A DNA stretch of 64,000 bases from Candidatus Bathyarchaeota archaeon. Its GTDB lineage: Archaea; Thermoproteota; Bathyarchaeia; 40CM-2-53-6. The notes under the pieces were generated by a model. That model ran no database searches. It saw nothing but the letters and a program-made list of their open reading frames with translations, and was not told where the DNA came from. Position 1 is the first letter of the stretch. Each line of letters starts with the position of its first letter. Made by a program: the position numbers and the translations under genes. The stretch spans positions 416,001 through 480,000 of the forward strand of contig CAWHWX010000016.1 of assembly GCA_963833125.1 (NCBI GenBank). Reading direction: 5' to 3'. Positions 10,657 to 21,424 of the stretch are shown one piece after another.

Positions 10657-11879
10657 CTACACCAACATAGCTTTCAGATCAACTCTTGGGACTCTTTCCG
10701 AAGGTAGCTGGTGCTCTGTTCTCAGATCCACGTCATCCATTACTAGGGCCTTTAAGGCGTTCCGCATTCCTTCAGACACATCCGGTATTCCCAACTCCAA
10801 AAGTATTTCTGCGGTAAATTGCACATGCAACCTCGAAAATTGTCTTCCAGTCAGCGGAAGGGTCGAAATCGCTTTCGAAGATGCTTTTGCCTCTATCAGG
10901 GGGAAAGAAGTCACCTTCCTAATCTCAATGGTGATCGAGAAGGAAGCACTTCGATGTTTTTGAACCCACTGAGCTCTATATGAATCCTTTGCTGAGCCGT
11001 TACATTCCTGAACTTTAGGACTCTAACCGTATAGAACAGAAAGCTGCAAATGCGAAATACTATGTTCCCTACCCAAACAGTGTTGTTGTTCTCTAACGGT
11101 ATCGGGAAAGTCGAATGGAAATATCCGTCGACATAAACCTCAAAATGAATCGGTTTCTCGTATGATTCGAACTGATATCTATCTCGTCTTGGGGTAGTCT
11201 TGGTATAATCAATTAACAAAAACGATGGAGTGAAAGACGTAAACATCACAGCATTCTCCTTGGTTACTTTCAAATAATCATCAACTTTCGTGATCGGGCC
11301 CACTAGAATCTGAGCATTAGGGCCTATCTCCTCTCTCCGGGGGGTTAAGATCTGACTCAGTTTCCGTTCAAAATCTATCGAGGCAGTTCCAGAATGTTCT
11401 ACCGTTTTCATTGGTGATCCACTGTCATCTATTTCCAGATTCACGTTCCTGGCAAGATCGACCTTGTCCGCAAAATCGATTTGTTGAAAGTTGGCTGTAT
11501 CGAATCCAGTCTTAGATAGAATATCCGCTGATGTTCTCGGGATTTTTTGATACCGGCAAATCATTAATGCCATAGTAGCATCAGTTTTCTTTCGCTCAAG
11601 AGCCAGACCTACCTCCCACGTCATTTCGGTGGTTAGTTGAGCGTCACTGAGAACTAGGATGAAGATATTGCAAGAGGCAATTGCTTCATTTATCTGCGTT
11701 CTCCATTCATCGCTTAGATTCTTAATCGATTTTGGAATATCTTCGCTCGCAACAAATGCGCTGATGTTCCGCTTCACTAGGGCATGCCTAAGATGAATCG
11801 CGAGATCAATCCCCGTGGCATCTTCGTACGCTATAAAGACAGAGTACTTTGGTGGTACAGTGGTCAATTGACTCATCAC
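10657..11879 (-). CDS. TIR-domain protein with C-terminal domain of unknown function (probable frameshift near 10912)
   Basis: YSVFIAY, W...I..AI..C.IFILVLS and WEVGLA (catalytic Glu position); ORF 10657..10914 likely continues it. Confidence 0.75.
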
Positions 11880-11955
11880 ACCCGCGGTCTTTTTCTTTAT
11901 GCCAGCATTAAATTGCTTTCATCATTCGGGTTCTACTTCTTCGTCTAGTGAGGAG

Positions 11956-12363
11956 CTAATGCCCAGTATCTTCAAAGAATTGCAGAGCGACCTTGCAGAG
12001 ACGGTCTATTTTCGTAATGTCTTCCTCAGTAGGGTTTCGCCATATTCGTGAGGTGTGAGCGACATCTCCCCTTGTGTCCCATAGGTCTTTCAGATCCTTT
12101 GCTACTTGATGAGACACTAAGTTGAGATTCTCGCAAATGCTGAGTCTGGTCTTTGGTCCTCGAATGTCATCCAGTTCCGAATGTATCTTCTTCCACTTGG
12201 CCTCGTCAGGTTGAAGCCTGTTTGTGAGCAATGTTCTCGATCTAATGTCCATATAGATTGCAGATAGCAAAAGCGCGGAAATGTAGTCTCCCTTGCGCAA
12301 GTCATCTTTGATTCGTTTAATGGCATCTTTCGTAGTCACTTCTAGTTCGTTTAGATCCACCAA
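11956..12363 (-). CDS. stand-alone HEPN/MtlR-like domain protein
   Basis: All-helical, 135 aa, with an Rx4H motif (RGDVAH). Confidence 0.65.
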   Translation of the reverse strand: MVDLNELEVTTKDAIKRIKDDLRKGDYISALLLSAIYMDIRSRTLLTNRLQPDEAKWKKIHSELDDIRGPKTRLSICENLNLVSHQVAKDLKDLWDTRGDVAHTSRIWRNPTEEDITKIDRLCKVALQFFEDTGH

Positions 12364-12489
12364 TTGGGAGTGCCTCCGAGTTCTGTATGCGTGTTAGCCT
12401 ACTATTCTGTCCTTCGACTTTAATGCCCACAATATCTTCGAGTTTTGCCGGTTGCTTTATTCATTAAGTTCAGATAAACCCCAGGAGCG

Positions 12490-12534
12490 TTCAGCTTCGT
12501 TGAGAGCTTCCGACTTTGGGAGTCTCTAATTGCC
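12490..12534 (+). repeat. degenerate ~45-bp repeat, copy 1
   Basis: Shares exact core GAGAGCTTCCGACT and similar flanks with 16854..16900. Confidence 0.6.
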
Positions 12535-12653
12535 TGGAACCCTTTTGCCGAACCAAGTATTGCGTTGGGCCGATCTGAATCACGTCCCCTACGGATAGAT
12601 CGCGGACGTTTTTGAGTTACGAAGGCACGTAATTTCGCAAATATCTAATTTAG

Positions 12654-15600
12654 CTAAGAGGAACTTTCAAGAAAGGCAAGTTCCTTTTCTCTTTGCATAA
12701 TGTCAGGTGTCGCCCCGACCATGATGCGCCGATACTCTTCAAGCGAAGCTTCTCGCAAGTAAGGGGCGGATTGGGCTCCCGAAAGAACAGTTTCCAGGAA
12801 ATCTGCGCCTTGTTGGCTATCCGGCTCTAGAAACCTCTCCATCAGTAGTTCTGTCCATACTCGTGTCCCATGCGTGGTCGCCGCCACCTTGACAATATCC
12901 TTGATGGCCTGAAGACTGACGGAACTCTGAGCCAGTAGAAGAAGCGCACCCTCACGCAAATCCTGGGAATATTCAGCGTTTCCAAGAATCGACATGACTT
13001 TTTGATTATCGAGGGCGAGCCTAACAGGTCCGTGGTGTGTGCGTCGCAACAGGTATTCCAGAGGGCTCAGTATCTTGAGAAAACCAAATAACGCTTCGTT
13101 GGACTTCGTCGCAATGGCCAAAAGCTTCGCAACCGTATCTTCGTACGAGTGGTTCGCAGCGCGCGAACGAGCAACCGAGGTCATGAACGCATAGTCGCCC
13201 ATGTTCTTCGGAATTAAATTGAAGATTTCTAAGAGTTTACATGTATTCCAATTATTCTGGTCATTTTGTGCAAGCTTGGTCATTAGAGCTATTAGCGCAA
13301 ATTTCCTTGGCGTGTGGGCGAGCCTCTTTTGAACAGTATCACAGAAGATGGAGATTTCACGCACTAGGTCGGAATTTCCGTCATCTGCCCAGCTCAATGA
13401 ACACAAATGCTTCAGTGTTTCCAAGGCACGCCATTGCTGCGAAACATTGGAAGCGATGACGCCAGTCAACGCTGCAAAAGCTGCAACCACAAATGCGCAA
13501 GGAAGAGTGATATTTTCCAATTGGTGGTGATATCCGGTGAGTATTCGCTGTCCTGCTTTCACGTGGCTCACAGTAGTTGTCCCAGTTGAGCGCCCGTTCT
13601 TCGTGAGCACGACAGCGCCGAAGACTTCAGTAACCTGTTGGGTCGTTAGTGGATTAAGTGCTTGGATCTTTAGCAAGTCAATGGGGCTAACACCCTGCAG
13701 GTGGGTTCTTAGTTTATGCCGATCTATTGATTCTTTCACCTCGAGTATGGTCTCAAGCGGTGGGGCGTTGGTGGCATAAAGCACTTGATCGAATAATTCC
13801 ACGTCTATAGCATCTAGAGATGTCAGCCATGCAGGCAGAATCTTAGATAGTACATCCTCAGAAAAATAGAGAAAGCCCCCTCCCTTTATTACTAGCGCAA
13901 GAGCTGCCGCACGTAGCTCCAGAACTGCTGACGCATCAAGAACTATTTTTTGGGCGTCTTCCACGAGTTGATTGTGTATGTCACCACCTGTCGGGCCTCT
14001 GGTAAAGTCGGACGATCCTAAGAAGCCAATTATCTCCCACGCCTGCGCAATTTGACCTATAGCATCGGAAGAAATGGGAAACAAGCGTTCGGATAGTTCC
14101 TTGTGTACGAGAGAGGTAACGTTGCAATGGCATCGCCAAGTAGCTCGTGTGCAACTTCTTTTGATAGTCCAACCTCCCGCCACACCCTAGTTACATATTC
14201 AGGGTGGTTTAGGAATGGGAATAGGAAGAGTTGACGAGTCTCATCTTGTGACAAACTCAGGCACATCTTTCCAAATCTTTGGGCCACAAACCGAGGGTCA
14301 AGGGTGTACCTGAGAGATCTCTCCAGAAGGTACTCAGGACTGATGTCGTTTCTGGGATATTCTTGATAATTACTTCCTTCAACGGAGTTAAGTCATCGCA
14401 AACTCCATGATAGACTTCCATTACATTGAATCCGTCAGGGAGGTGAATCCTGTAAAGTCGTTGCCGGAGTATAGGTATCACATGTGATCCCAGATCCTCT
14501 GGTGGGAGCTCACGCAGTTTTCTGATTAGGTCATATGTCTTGGCAAAATCCAAATCGTCGTCGAGTAATGTAAGCCCATACTCGATGGCACTTCTTTGAA
14601 GGACCCGATCATGCCCAAATGATCGGTCAGCCGCGATCTCTAGAGCCAGCCAAGCACCACGTCTGATAAATAAGTCTGGTTTATGCCTATCAATTTCCCG
14701 GCAAGCCTCAAGTATGTGAGCAGATTCTTCCGAGAAACTTCGTCCAATTCGTCCAGCAAAGAATAGAGCGACATTTCGCCAATGCGGGAGGAGGGCTATC
14801 GCCGTAAACCTGTCAAACCGCTGCTTGTCGTCGCGAGCGTCTGCAAGATATCCAGCAGCGAAGAATTCTTGAATAGATCGCAGCTCAAATCCGAAAAACC
14901 CTTCGCCCAAACCGACGATGAGAACCAGTCTTTCTCTGGCCTCCTGAATCATTTGTGACGCCTTATTCTGGAGAACCTTTACGTCTGAGTACGGATCCTT
15001 GTGGCGTAGATATCGTAATACTTCAACAGCAAACTCGTCTTCTTTCATGTGCGATCTCGGATCAGAGGTTCCAGCTGCTTTGCTCTGGAGTATGTATCCC
15101 AAATAATAGTGAAGGCCGAAGAGCAATCTCTTCTCAGTCTGAATGATCGTCTTGGATTTCGATCTCTCGCGTTTTGTAGATGATTTCTAAGTATTCATCA
15201 AAAAGTTCTTCCCTCTGCCGCGGCGGGGTTCCCCCGTTAAGAATAATCAGAATGAAAATTGTTACCTGCAGAATCGTCGTCATCAATTGTGAAAAATGCT
15301 GATCGGTTAGGCAATCTTGCATGGATAAACGCAGGGAGTTACCTTTGGCAGTGTCAAGGCCCCGTGCCCGAATCCACTTTTCAGTGTACTCTGCGACTTT
15401 TTCCTTATCTAAATCAACGAGACTAAGATGCATGAAATGTGATGGATCAAATTCCTCACCGAATTCAGTGGGACGGGAAGTCGCCAAGACTTGAAGATCA
15501 GCCTTAAGAACGTCGTCACAGCGCCCCAAGAACTCCATGAGGAGCCCGAGCATCCGGGCACGCAAGGCCCTATCCGTGACCTCGTCCAAACCATCTAGGA

Positions 15601-16720
15601 CAAGCAAAGATGGATTAGCTTTCAGAACCTCTTGAACTTGGTCGGCCGAAATCTGACGACCAGCCCGCTCCTGCATGAGTCCTGCCAGAAAACTCTCCAT
15701 GGTGTATGGTCCCTTGGAGTCTACAATCCATTGTACAAAGTCTCTCAAAATTACGCGAAATGGGACTCGCACGACAAAAGGTGTCCACCTCCCCTGGCTC
15801 TCCCCCAAGTCAGATGTCTTGTCAAGGAGGTAGGCTCTATGGATTTGCGCGACAAATTGTCCCAGTGTTGACTTTCCTTGTCCAGGACCCCCTATTAGGA
15901 GGGCCCTAGGCACGCTGCGCCTCATTAGCAATTCTGTCGTGAGTACTGTTCTTTCGTGAATTCTCTCTGCCAGAGATAGTCTTCGTTCCGCCAACGGAGA
16001 ATAATCCCTATCGCCTTGTGTTCGGACGAAAAGGTCGATGAAGACTCGTCGAAGTTGCAGTGGTTTCTCATTGATTTCCCCGGCTTGGTCCAGTAGAGCA
16101 TATTGTTCATTTTCGAAGCATCCACGAACGTAAAGTAGAACCGTTTCAGCAAGTTGACTCTTGCTCGGTTTTCCTCTGTCCATCAGCTCTGCTATCAAAT
16201 CACCTGGAGTAATCAGGTGGAGGTAAGCTCGTCGAACATCGGCATAATTATCTATGAACCTAGCGAGATCATCATAGCCCCACACATGGATGTGTGGAAT
16301 CTTCTCCGAAAAATCTGGAATAATCTCCTCAGAAATTTTGTCGTGAGTTCCCAAAGCGGCTACTGACGAAAGGGGTACATTAGTGATGAGTATATAGTTC
16401 TGACATTGACGCTTATATTTGAACACGATTTTTTCCAGTTCATTTTTCAAATCCTTCATGATTTCCCTTCGTGCAGTATCAGGTCCGATTCGACTTATCT
16501 GGTGAAACTTGGCTTGGAAGACCCACGTGCCGTCCCACTGATCGGCTATTGATGGATATGGCGCCTTTCCGTGGAAAGTTGCCTCTCGACCACCATCAGG
16601 TCCGTCTCCAAACGTAATTGTGCCAAAGCCAATAATCTTTTTCAGAAGAGCTTGAGCCAGATGTTCGAATTCCTCATGGCCTAATCTCTCTAAATCATAA
16701 TTGGCCATTTGCGACGACAA
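12654..16720 (-). CDS. NACHT/STAND NTPase with N-terminal Mrr-like PD-(D/E)xK nuclease, antiviral STAND-like (three ORFs, two frameshifts)
   Basis: FEHL...DGPDGGRE...FQAKF nuclease motif; Walker A GGPGQGKST; Walker B LLVLDGLDE; TSRP; winged helix FELRSIQEFFAA; long helical C-terminus. Confidence 0.85.
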
Positions 16721-16853
16721 ATACTGCTACGCGGGATTGTAAAACTTAAAGATACTTATCCCTGTAGATCGAAGGCATTCCGATCTCTTTTTGTGCGTAC
16801 GATTTAGACCACCCGTCAAACGCGAAATGGGCTTGGCATCGACCTGATGGTCA

Positions 16854-16900
16854 TTCAGGTCGGTTGGGAGAGCTTCCGACTCTAGGAATTTCTAGTTTCC
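16854..16900 (+). repeat. degenerate ~45-bp repeat, copy 2
   Basis: See 12490..12534. Confidence 0.6.
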
Positions 16901-17041
16901 GGAGTGGAATCGCTTTTACATGTGTGAGGCCATCGTGGTCCAACTAACTGAAGAAGGCTAGAATCATTTTCATCGATCACTGACTCCTCGCCCTGCGATG
17001 ACTTCTGAGCTTATCCGGTAGCATTGTTTACGGCAAGTTTG

Positions 17042-17194
17042 ATGATTGGTGTGAAATGTCCGTTTTGTCTAATTGAACTTCTAGGTCAAGAGAACTATCC
17101 CTTGAAACGTTGTGACCAATGCAACCTCTGGTTTGAACTACAGAACGATGAGCTTGTGCCCTTACGGGCCGACCCACTGCATTTGCAGCGCTGA
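17042..17194 (+). CDS. 50-aa zinc-ribbon protein (absent from the ORF track)
   Basis: MIGVKCPFCLIELLGQENYPLKRCDQCNLWFELQNDELVPLRADPLHLQR has two CxxC and ends 11 nt before the next Zn ORF. Confidence 0.6.
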   Translation: MIGVKCPFCLIELLGQENYPLKRCDQCNLWFELQNDELVPLRADPLHLQR

Positions 17195-17205
17195 GTTGCA
17201 GTGTT

Positions 17206-17613
17206 TTGGAAATTGACCATTATTCGACCGATTGTCTCGATTGCCGCAAGCCACTAGTTTGGATAAGTCGAAGTAAGCGGTTACTTCAGGGTCTGGATGT
17301 TGATGAGTTCGGCTTCCGCTGCGACTCATGCAAACGTGAGTATCGATTCAGAGAGGGCAGGCTAAAGGAGCTGAAGATTGAACGAAACCCAGTCGCCGAA
17401 CGCATCGCCATGCAGAAGGCGGAAGTGGACACGGTCCGGAACCGGCGTTGTCCTCATTGTGGAGGACCACTCGATGATTTCCTGACCTGCGAGTGGTGCC
17501 ATGAAAGCTACTCGGTGGAGAGCGGAGAACTTGTACCTAGAATCGAAGACAACCTCCTCGAGCAGCGTAAACCTCAGATGAGGGAGTTCTATGCCCTTAA
17601 CGCGCAGCGGTAA
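17206..17613 (+). CDS. double zinc-ribbon protein
   Basis: Four CxxC motifs (CLDC, CDSC, CPHC, CEWC). Confidence 0.7.
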   Translation: MEIDHYSTDCLDCRKPLVWISRSKRLLQGLDVDEFGFRCDSCKREYRFREGRLKELKIERNPVAERIAMQKAEVDTVRNRRCPHCGGPLDDFLTCEWCHESYSVESGELVPRIEDNLLEQRKPQMREFYALNAQR

Positions 17614-18124
17614 CCACTACACCCTCCGCGCCAAACGACCCTGCACTCAATGCCATGAGATAACAGACCAGACGGCGACAAGTTGTCGCTCCAGCGCTCC
17701 GGAAATACCTCAAGTTCCTCCTACCCTAATCAAACGCATCGAATGGTTATGCGACTGGTGCGGTAATAACGAGGAAGAGGTCAAAGAGACCCTTCAGCCA
17801 ACACAGAGAATAATGATTTTGAAACGGCTGCTTAACCTTCCGGAGGATTACGACGTGCTGGGCTTCACCCTAAGCTCGGAAGCGAATAATGTGATCTCAT
17901 TAAAGATTCGATTGCCCGACTTCGATATGGGCGAATTGAGGGCTATTCAGTACAAGCAGCAGGAGACCGGCTTCATAACCGTCGACGAACTCATCAAGGT
18001 GCAACGAGCCGGCTACCGACAACATACAGCCGTCCCTCCTAAACCTGAGCCCAGCGACGTGGTGACGCTTCGGAAGAAGGAGAAGCAGAGGGCATTCGTT
18101 GGGGACCTAAGGCCCTTGCGCTGA
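17591..18124 (+). CDS. zinc-finger hypothetical protein
   Basis: CTQC and CDWC; overlaps the previous ORF. Confidence 0.6.
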   Translation: MPLTRSGNHYTLRAKRPCTQCHEITDQTATSCRSSAPEIPQVPPTLIKRIEWLCDWCGNNEEEVKETLQPTQRIMILKRLLNLPEDYDVLGFTLSSEANNVISLKIRLPDFDMGELRAIQYKQQETGFITVDELIKVQRAGYRQHTAVPPKPEPSDVVTLRKKEKQRAFVGDLRPLR

Positions 18125-18238
18125 CAAGTTAGCAGGGAGAACACAGGATTCATGAGTGCATTGCACGTCGCCTTCGTGAGAGCAGTCAATCCTAAAGAGA
18201 ACAGATCGTCCATCGGACCTTGAGGTAGACTTACTCCA

Positions 18239-20068
18239 ATGATCTCCGAGAGTCAGACCGCATGGCTGGTCGGCGCGTATCACAAAGCAGACGGAGTCGA
18301 ACTCAGACTATTCACCTCACCCGACTTGAAGCCAATCGAATGGGTTGACAGAGACTTTCAACCCTACTACCTCACCAGGCATCAGCAGGGTGAGATGGTC
18401 AAGAAGATAGATCTCTTTACCGGAAATGAAATGGAACTAGAGAAGGTAACCCTCAGAGGAAAACCCGCAAAGGACATCAAGGGCTGGGAGGTGGACGTAG
18501 ACCCTGTCATGAGCTACGCGTACGATAAGGGGCTTCGATTCGGTGTTCTCCACCGCCTCACCAGCAATGGTTGGGTTCCGGAACCGTCACTAGACGAGGA
18601 GGCGAGTTCCCGATTTGAAGCATTATTCGGAGCGATTCGGCGAAGGGATCCACTCAAGTACGCATCTCTGAAGGAACTGTACACATACATCAGCCAACCC
18701 GTACCAAGAATTCCACAGCAAGACCCCCACCCAGCTGAAGTAGATTCGGACGAAGACTACCTCAACGCCTTCCTACTCAGCCGCATCGCGAACCTGCCGC
18801 TAAACCGAACCTACCGTAACTATTCCGTCTCAGACTGGATCCGCTCAATGCTCAACACGTACTACCGCTCCCATAACATACTCATCCCCAACCCTGAAGA
18901 ACTCAAACTCGGAGACACGAGAAAGCAGGTAACAGGCGCCCTAGCTATCGGGCCGGAGCCGGGTACTTACTTCAACATGCATGTCCTCGACTTCGAATCC
19001 CTCTACCCAGGGTGCATAGACGTCTTCAACCTCTCATATGAGACCATGCAATGCCCCCATCCAGAATGTCAAAGCAACCATGTTCCCGGCCAACCACAGT
19101 TGCACGTTTGTACGAAACGACGTGGAATTTACTCCGCTCTCGTAGGCGCTATCCGTGATTTGCGCCTACAGATCTACAAACCAGAGACCAAGAAAGCCGG
19201 CGAAGCTGATGGCAATGCGTTGGCCGCATCCAGACTTTTGAAACTATTTCTAGTCTCCAGCTACGGCGTGACTATCAGGATTCATGGCTTAGCCAGCCCA
19301 CTCCTCGGTGAGGCGATCACCGCCTATGGTAGGCATGTGCTCCAGTCAACTTGGGATTTGGCGAAGATGATGGATCTCAGGCCGAAGTATGGTGACACCG
19401 ACTCCGTCTTCCTAGACAACCCAACCGTGGAGAAGACGGGGAAACTCATTCAACAAGTCAGTAGTGAGTTTAGGCTTCAGTTGGCTTATGATCGCGTCTA
19501 TTCCGTTTGTGTTCTCAGCACCATCAAAGCCTACTTCGGCATCCTACCCAACGGCGAACCAGAAATCAAAGGCTTAGCCATCGCCAAATCCAACTCACCC
19601 CGATTCTTCCAACAAACCTTCCAACAATGCCTAACTCAACTAGCCAAAGGGCGCCGCTCACCTAACGACTTCGAAACCGTCAAACAGCAGCTCCCCCACT
19701 TAGTTGCTGAAGCGATCAATAGGCTTCATAGCAGATCCGTGTCTCTGGCCGACTTAGAGTATCGGGTTGAGCTTAGGGAGGAGCCAGCGGAGAAGTTACG
19801 ATCGAAGAGACTTGCGCAACCCTACCAGGCGGCATGGCTGCTGACAAGGAAAACGCCCCGAGCGAGGGAGACGATTGGGTTTGTGAAGGTGCTTCCGTTC
19901 AGATTACAGGGAAGACAGTTCACCGTCAAACCTACCTCACAAGCAAACCCGAAAGAGATCGACGTGGACGACTACGCCCTCAGCCTCTACGCCTCACTCT
20001 CGCAAGCCTTCGACCCCATGAACATTAAACTCGCACCGAATCCAACCAGCCTCTCAGATTTCGTTTGA
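18239..20068 (+). CDS. polB: family B DNA polymerase, PolB1-like, lacking the 3'-5' exonuclease domain
   Basis: DFESLYP (motif A), KLFLVSSYG (variant motif B), YGDTDS (motif C), KAYFG; C-terminal PIP-like TSLSDFV; only 609 aa. Confidence 0.9.
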   Translation: MISESQTAWLVGAYHKADGVELRLFTSPDLKPIEWVDRDFQPYYLTRHQQGEMVKKIDLFTGNEMELEKVTLRGKPAKDIKGWEVDVDPVMSYAYDKGLRFGVLHRLTSNGWVPEPSLDEEASSRFEALFGAIRRRDPLKYASLKELYTYISQPVPRIPQQDPHPAEVDSDEDYLNAFLLSRIANLPLNRTYRNYSVSDWIRSMLNTYYRSHNILIPNPEELKLGDTRKQVTGALAIGPEPGTYFNMHVLDFESLYPGCIDVFNLSYETMQCPHPECQSNHVPGQPQLHVCTKRRGIYSALVGAIRDLRLQIYKPETKKAGEADGNALAASRLLKLFLVSSYGVTIRIHGLASPLLGEAITAYGRHVLQSTWDLAKMMDLRPKYGDTDSVFLDNPTVEKTGKLIQQVSSEFRLQLAYDRVYSVCVLSTIKAYFGILPNGEPEIKGLAIAKSNSPRFFQQTFQQCLTQLAKGRRSPNDFETVKQQLPHLVAEAINRLHSRSVSLADLEYRVELREEPAEKLRSKRLAQPYQAAWLLTRKTPRARETIGFVKVLPFRLQGRQFTVKPTSQANPKEIDVDDYALSLYASLSQAFDPMNIKLAPNPTSLSDFV

Positions 20069-20221
20069 GATTGTTGACTAATTGCCGAAAGCAGGTAAGC
20101 CACGGTTACCCCTCTCGGTCTTCCCTTTTGATTTATTCAACAATGGAAAAGCGTCGATCCATCCAGGCCAGTTTCGTTTCGGTCTCTGACCCAAGCGATC
20201 TGGATCCTCGAGAATGTAATC

Positions 20222-20242
20222 GCGGGCTCGCGCACTCAAGAT
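20222..20242 (+). repeat. 21-bp direct repeat, copy 2
   Basis: Identical to 10465..10485. Confidence 0.85.
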
Positions 20243-20390
20243 CAATCTCACATTAAGATCAATTGGGCCAGACTCGTCATCGCCCGCCCCGATCATTTCC
20301 TCTTACGTGCTAATTTGCGTATCTGACTTGCATGCTTATTTCGCCGTAGCCCACTCTCGTGCCAACCACGAAAGTTGAAAGTGCGGAGAA

Positions 20391-21364
20391 ATGCCCATTA
20401 TTCATGTTACGCCAGTGGGCTTCGAAAGCCTAGGCGTCAGGTCCATGTGTACTTTTGTTGAGACGCCCGACGTTAGGCTGCTGATTGACGCGGGCGTAGC
20501 GTTGGGGCCTCGTCTTAGGAGGTTACCGCATCCACGGGAGTACAAAGCCGAAATGAATGCCGTGCAAGAATTCGAAACTACTCGGCGAAGGCAGATGCGA
20601 TTGTAATCTCACACTATCACAATGATCACCATACACCAAACTACACAGAAAACGTATGGCTCGGATCGAGTGCAGATGAAGCGGAAGAGATCTATCGAGA
20701 AAAAACTGTTCTCGCGAAAGATATTCGTAACGCAATCAACTTCAACCAGCGAAGGAGAGGCTGGATGTTTCAACGATTCGTGAAACGGATCGGCAGCAAG
20801 TGCGAGATAGCTGACGGTAAAACGTTCGACTTTGGAGCAACCAAGGTCACACTCTCGCAGCCTGTGCCGCATGGAGAGGAGAGTTCCGACTTGGGATGGG
20901 TCCTAATGACTTGCGTCAGGTCAGGAGAGGAAACTTTCCTGCACGCGTCCGACGTTCAAGGACCAATGACCAAGAAAACGGCCAGACTGATACTCGAAGA
21001 GAAACCAGACTGTCTAGTGCTTGGAGGCCCACCCACGTATCTAGAAGGGGTGAGAGTGGCTCAGGCTCCGATTCAGGCAGGCATCGAGAACGCCTCTAGA
21101 CTTGCAAGCAAGATACCGATCGTAATCTTTGAACATCACATACTCCGCTCCGAAAAATGGCGAGAGCAATCAAACTCGGTATATGATGCCGCCTCAAGCG
21201 CCGAGCATAAGGTCATGACGGCGGCTGAATACCTCAAAACCCCAAACATGCTTCTAGAGTCTCAGCGGGAACAGTTGTATGAGGAAGAGGCTCCATCGCC
21301 AGAGTTCATTAAATGGACTGAGCTTCATCGAGAGAAAAAACGGTTACAGACTCCTCCAGTCTAA
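20391..21364 (+). CDS. UPF0282-like metallo-beta-lactamase-fold hydrolase (frameshifted)
   Basis: ESLGVRSM, IDAGVALGP, SHYHNDH in the second frame, PVPHG, SDVQGP and EHHILR. Confidence 0.85.
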
Positions 21365-21424
21365 GGCAGTTGACGGAGGAAAAGATCGGACCCAAGAAAA
21401 GGGTCCGCCAAGGATCTGGTTGGA

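Noticed and set aside
10600-16900. Classical integron cassette array
   Set aside because: No attC core sites (RYYYAAC...GTTRRRY) and no intI gene are visible.
18239-20068. Casposon, pipolin or protein-primed viral PolB element
   Set aside because: No cas1, integrase or terminal inverted repeats. The motifs resemble cellular PolB1 and no TPR1/TPR2-type inserts are evident.
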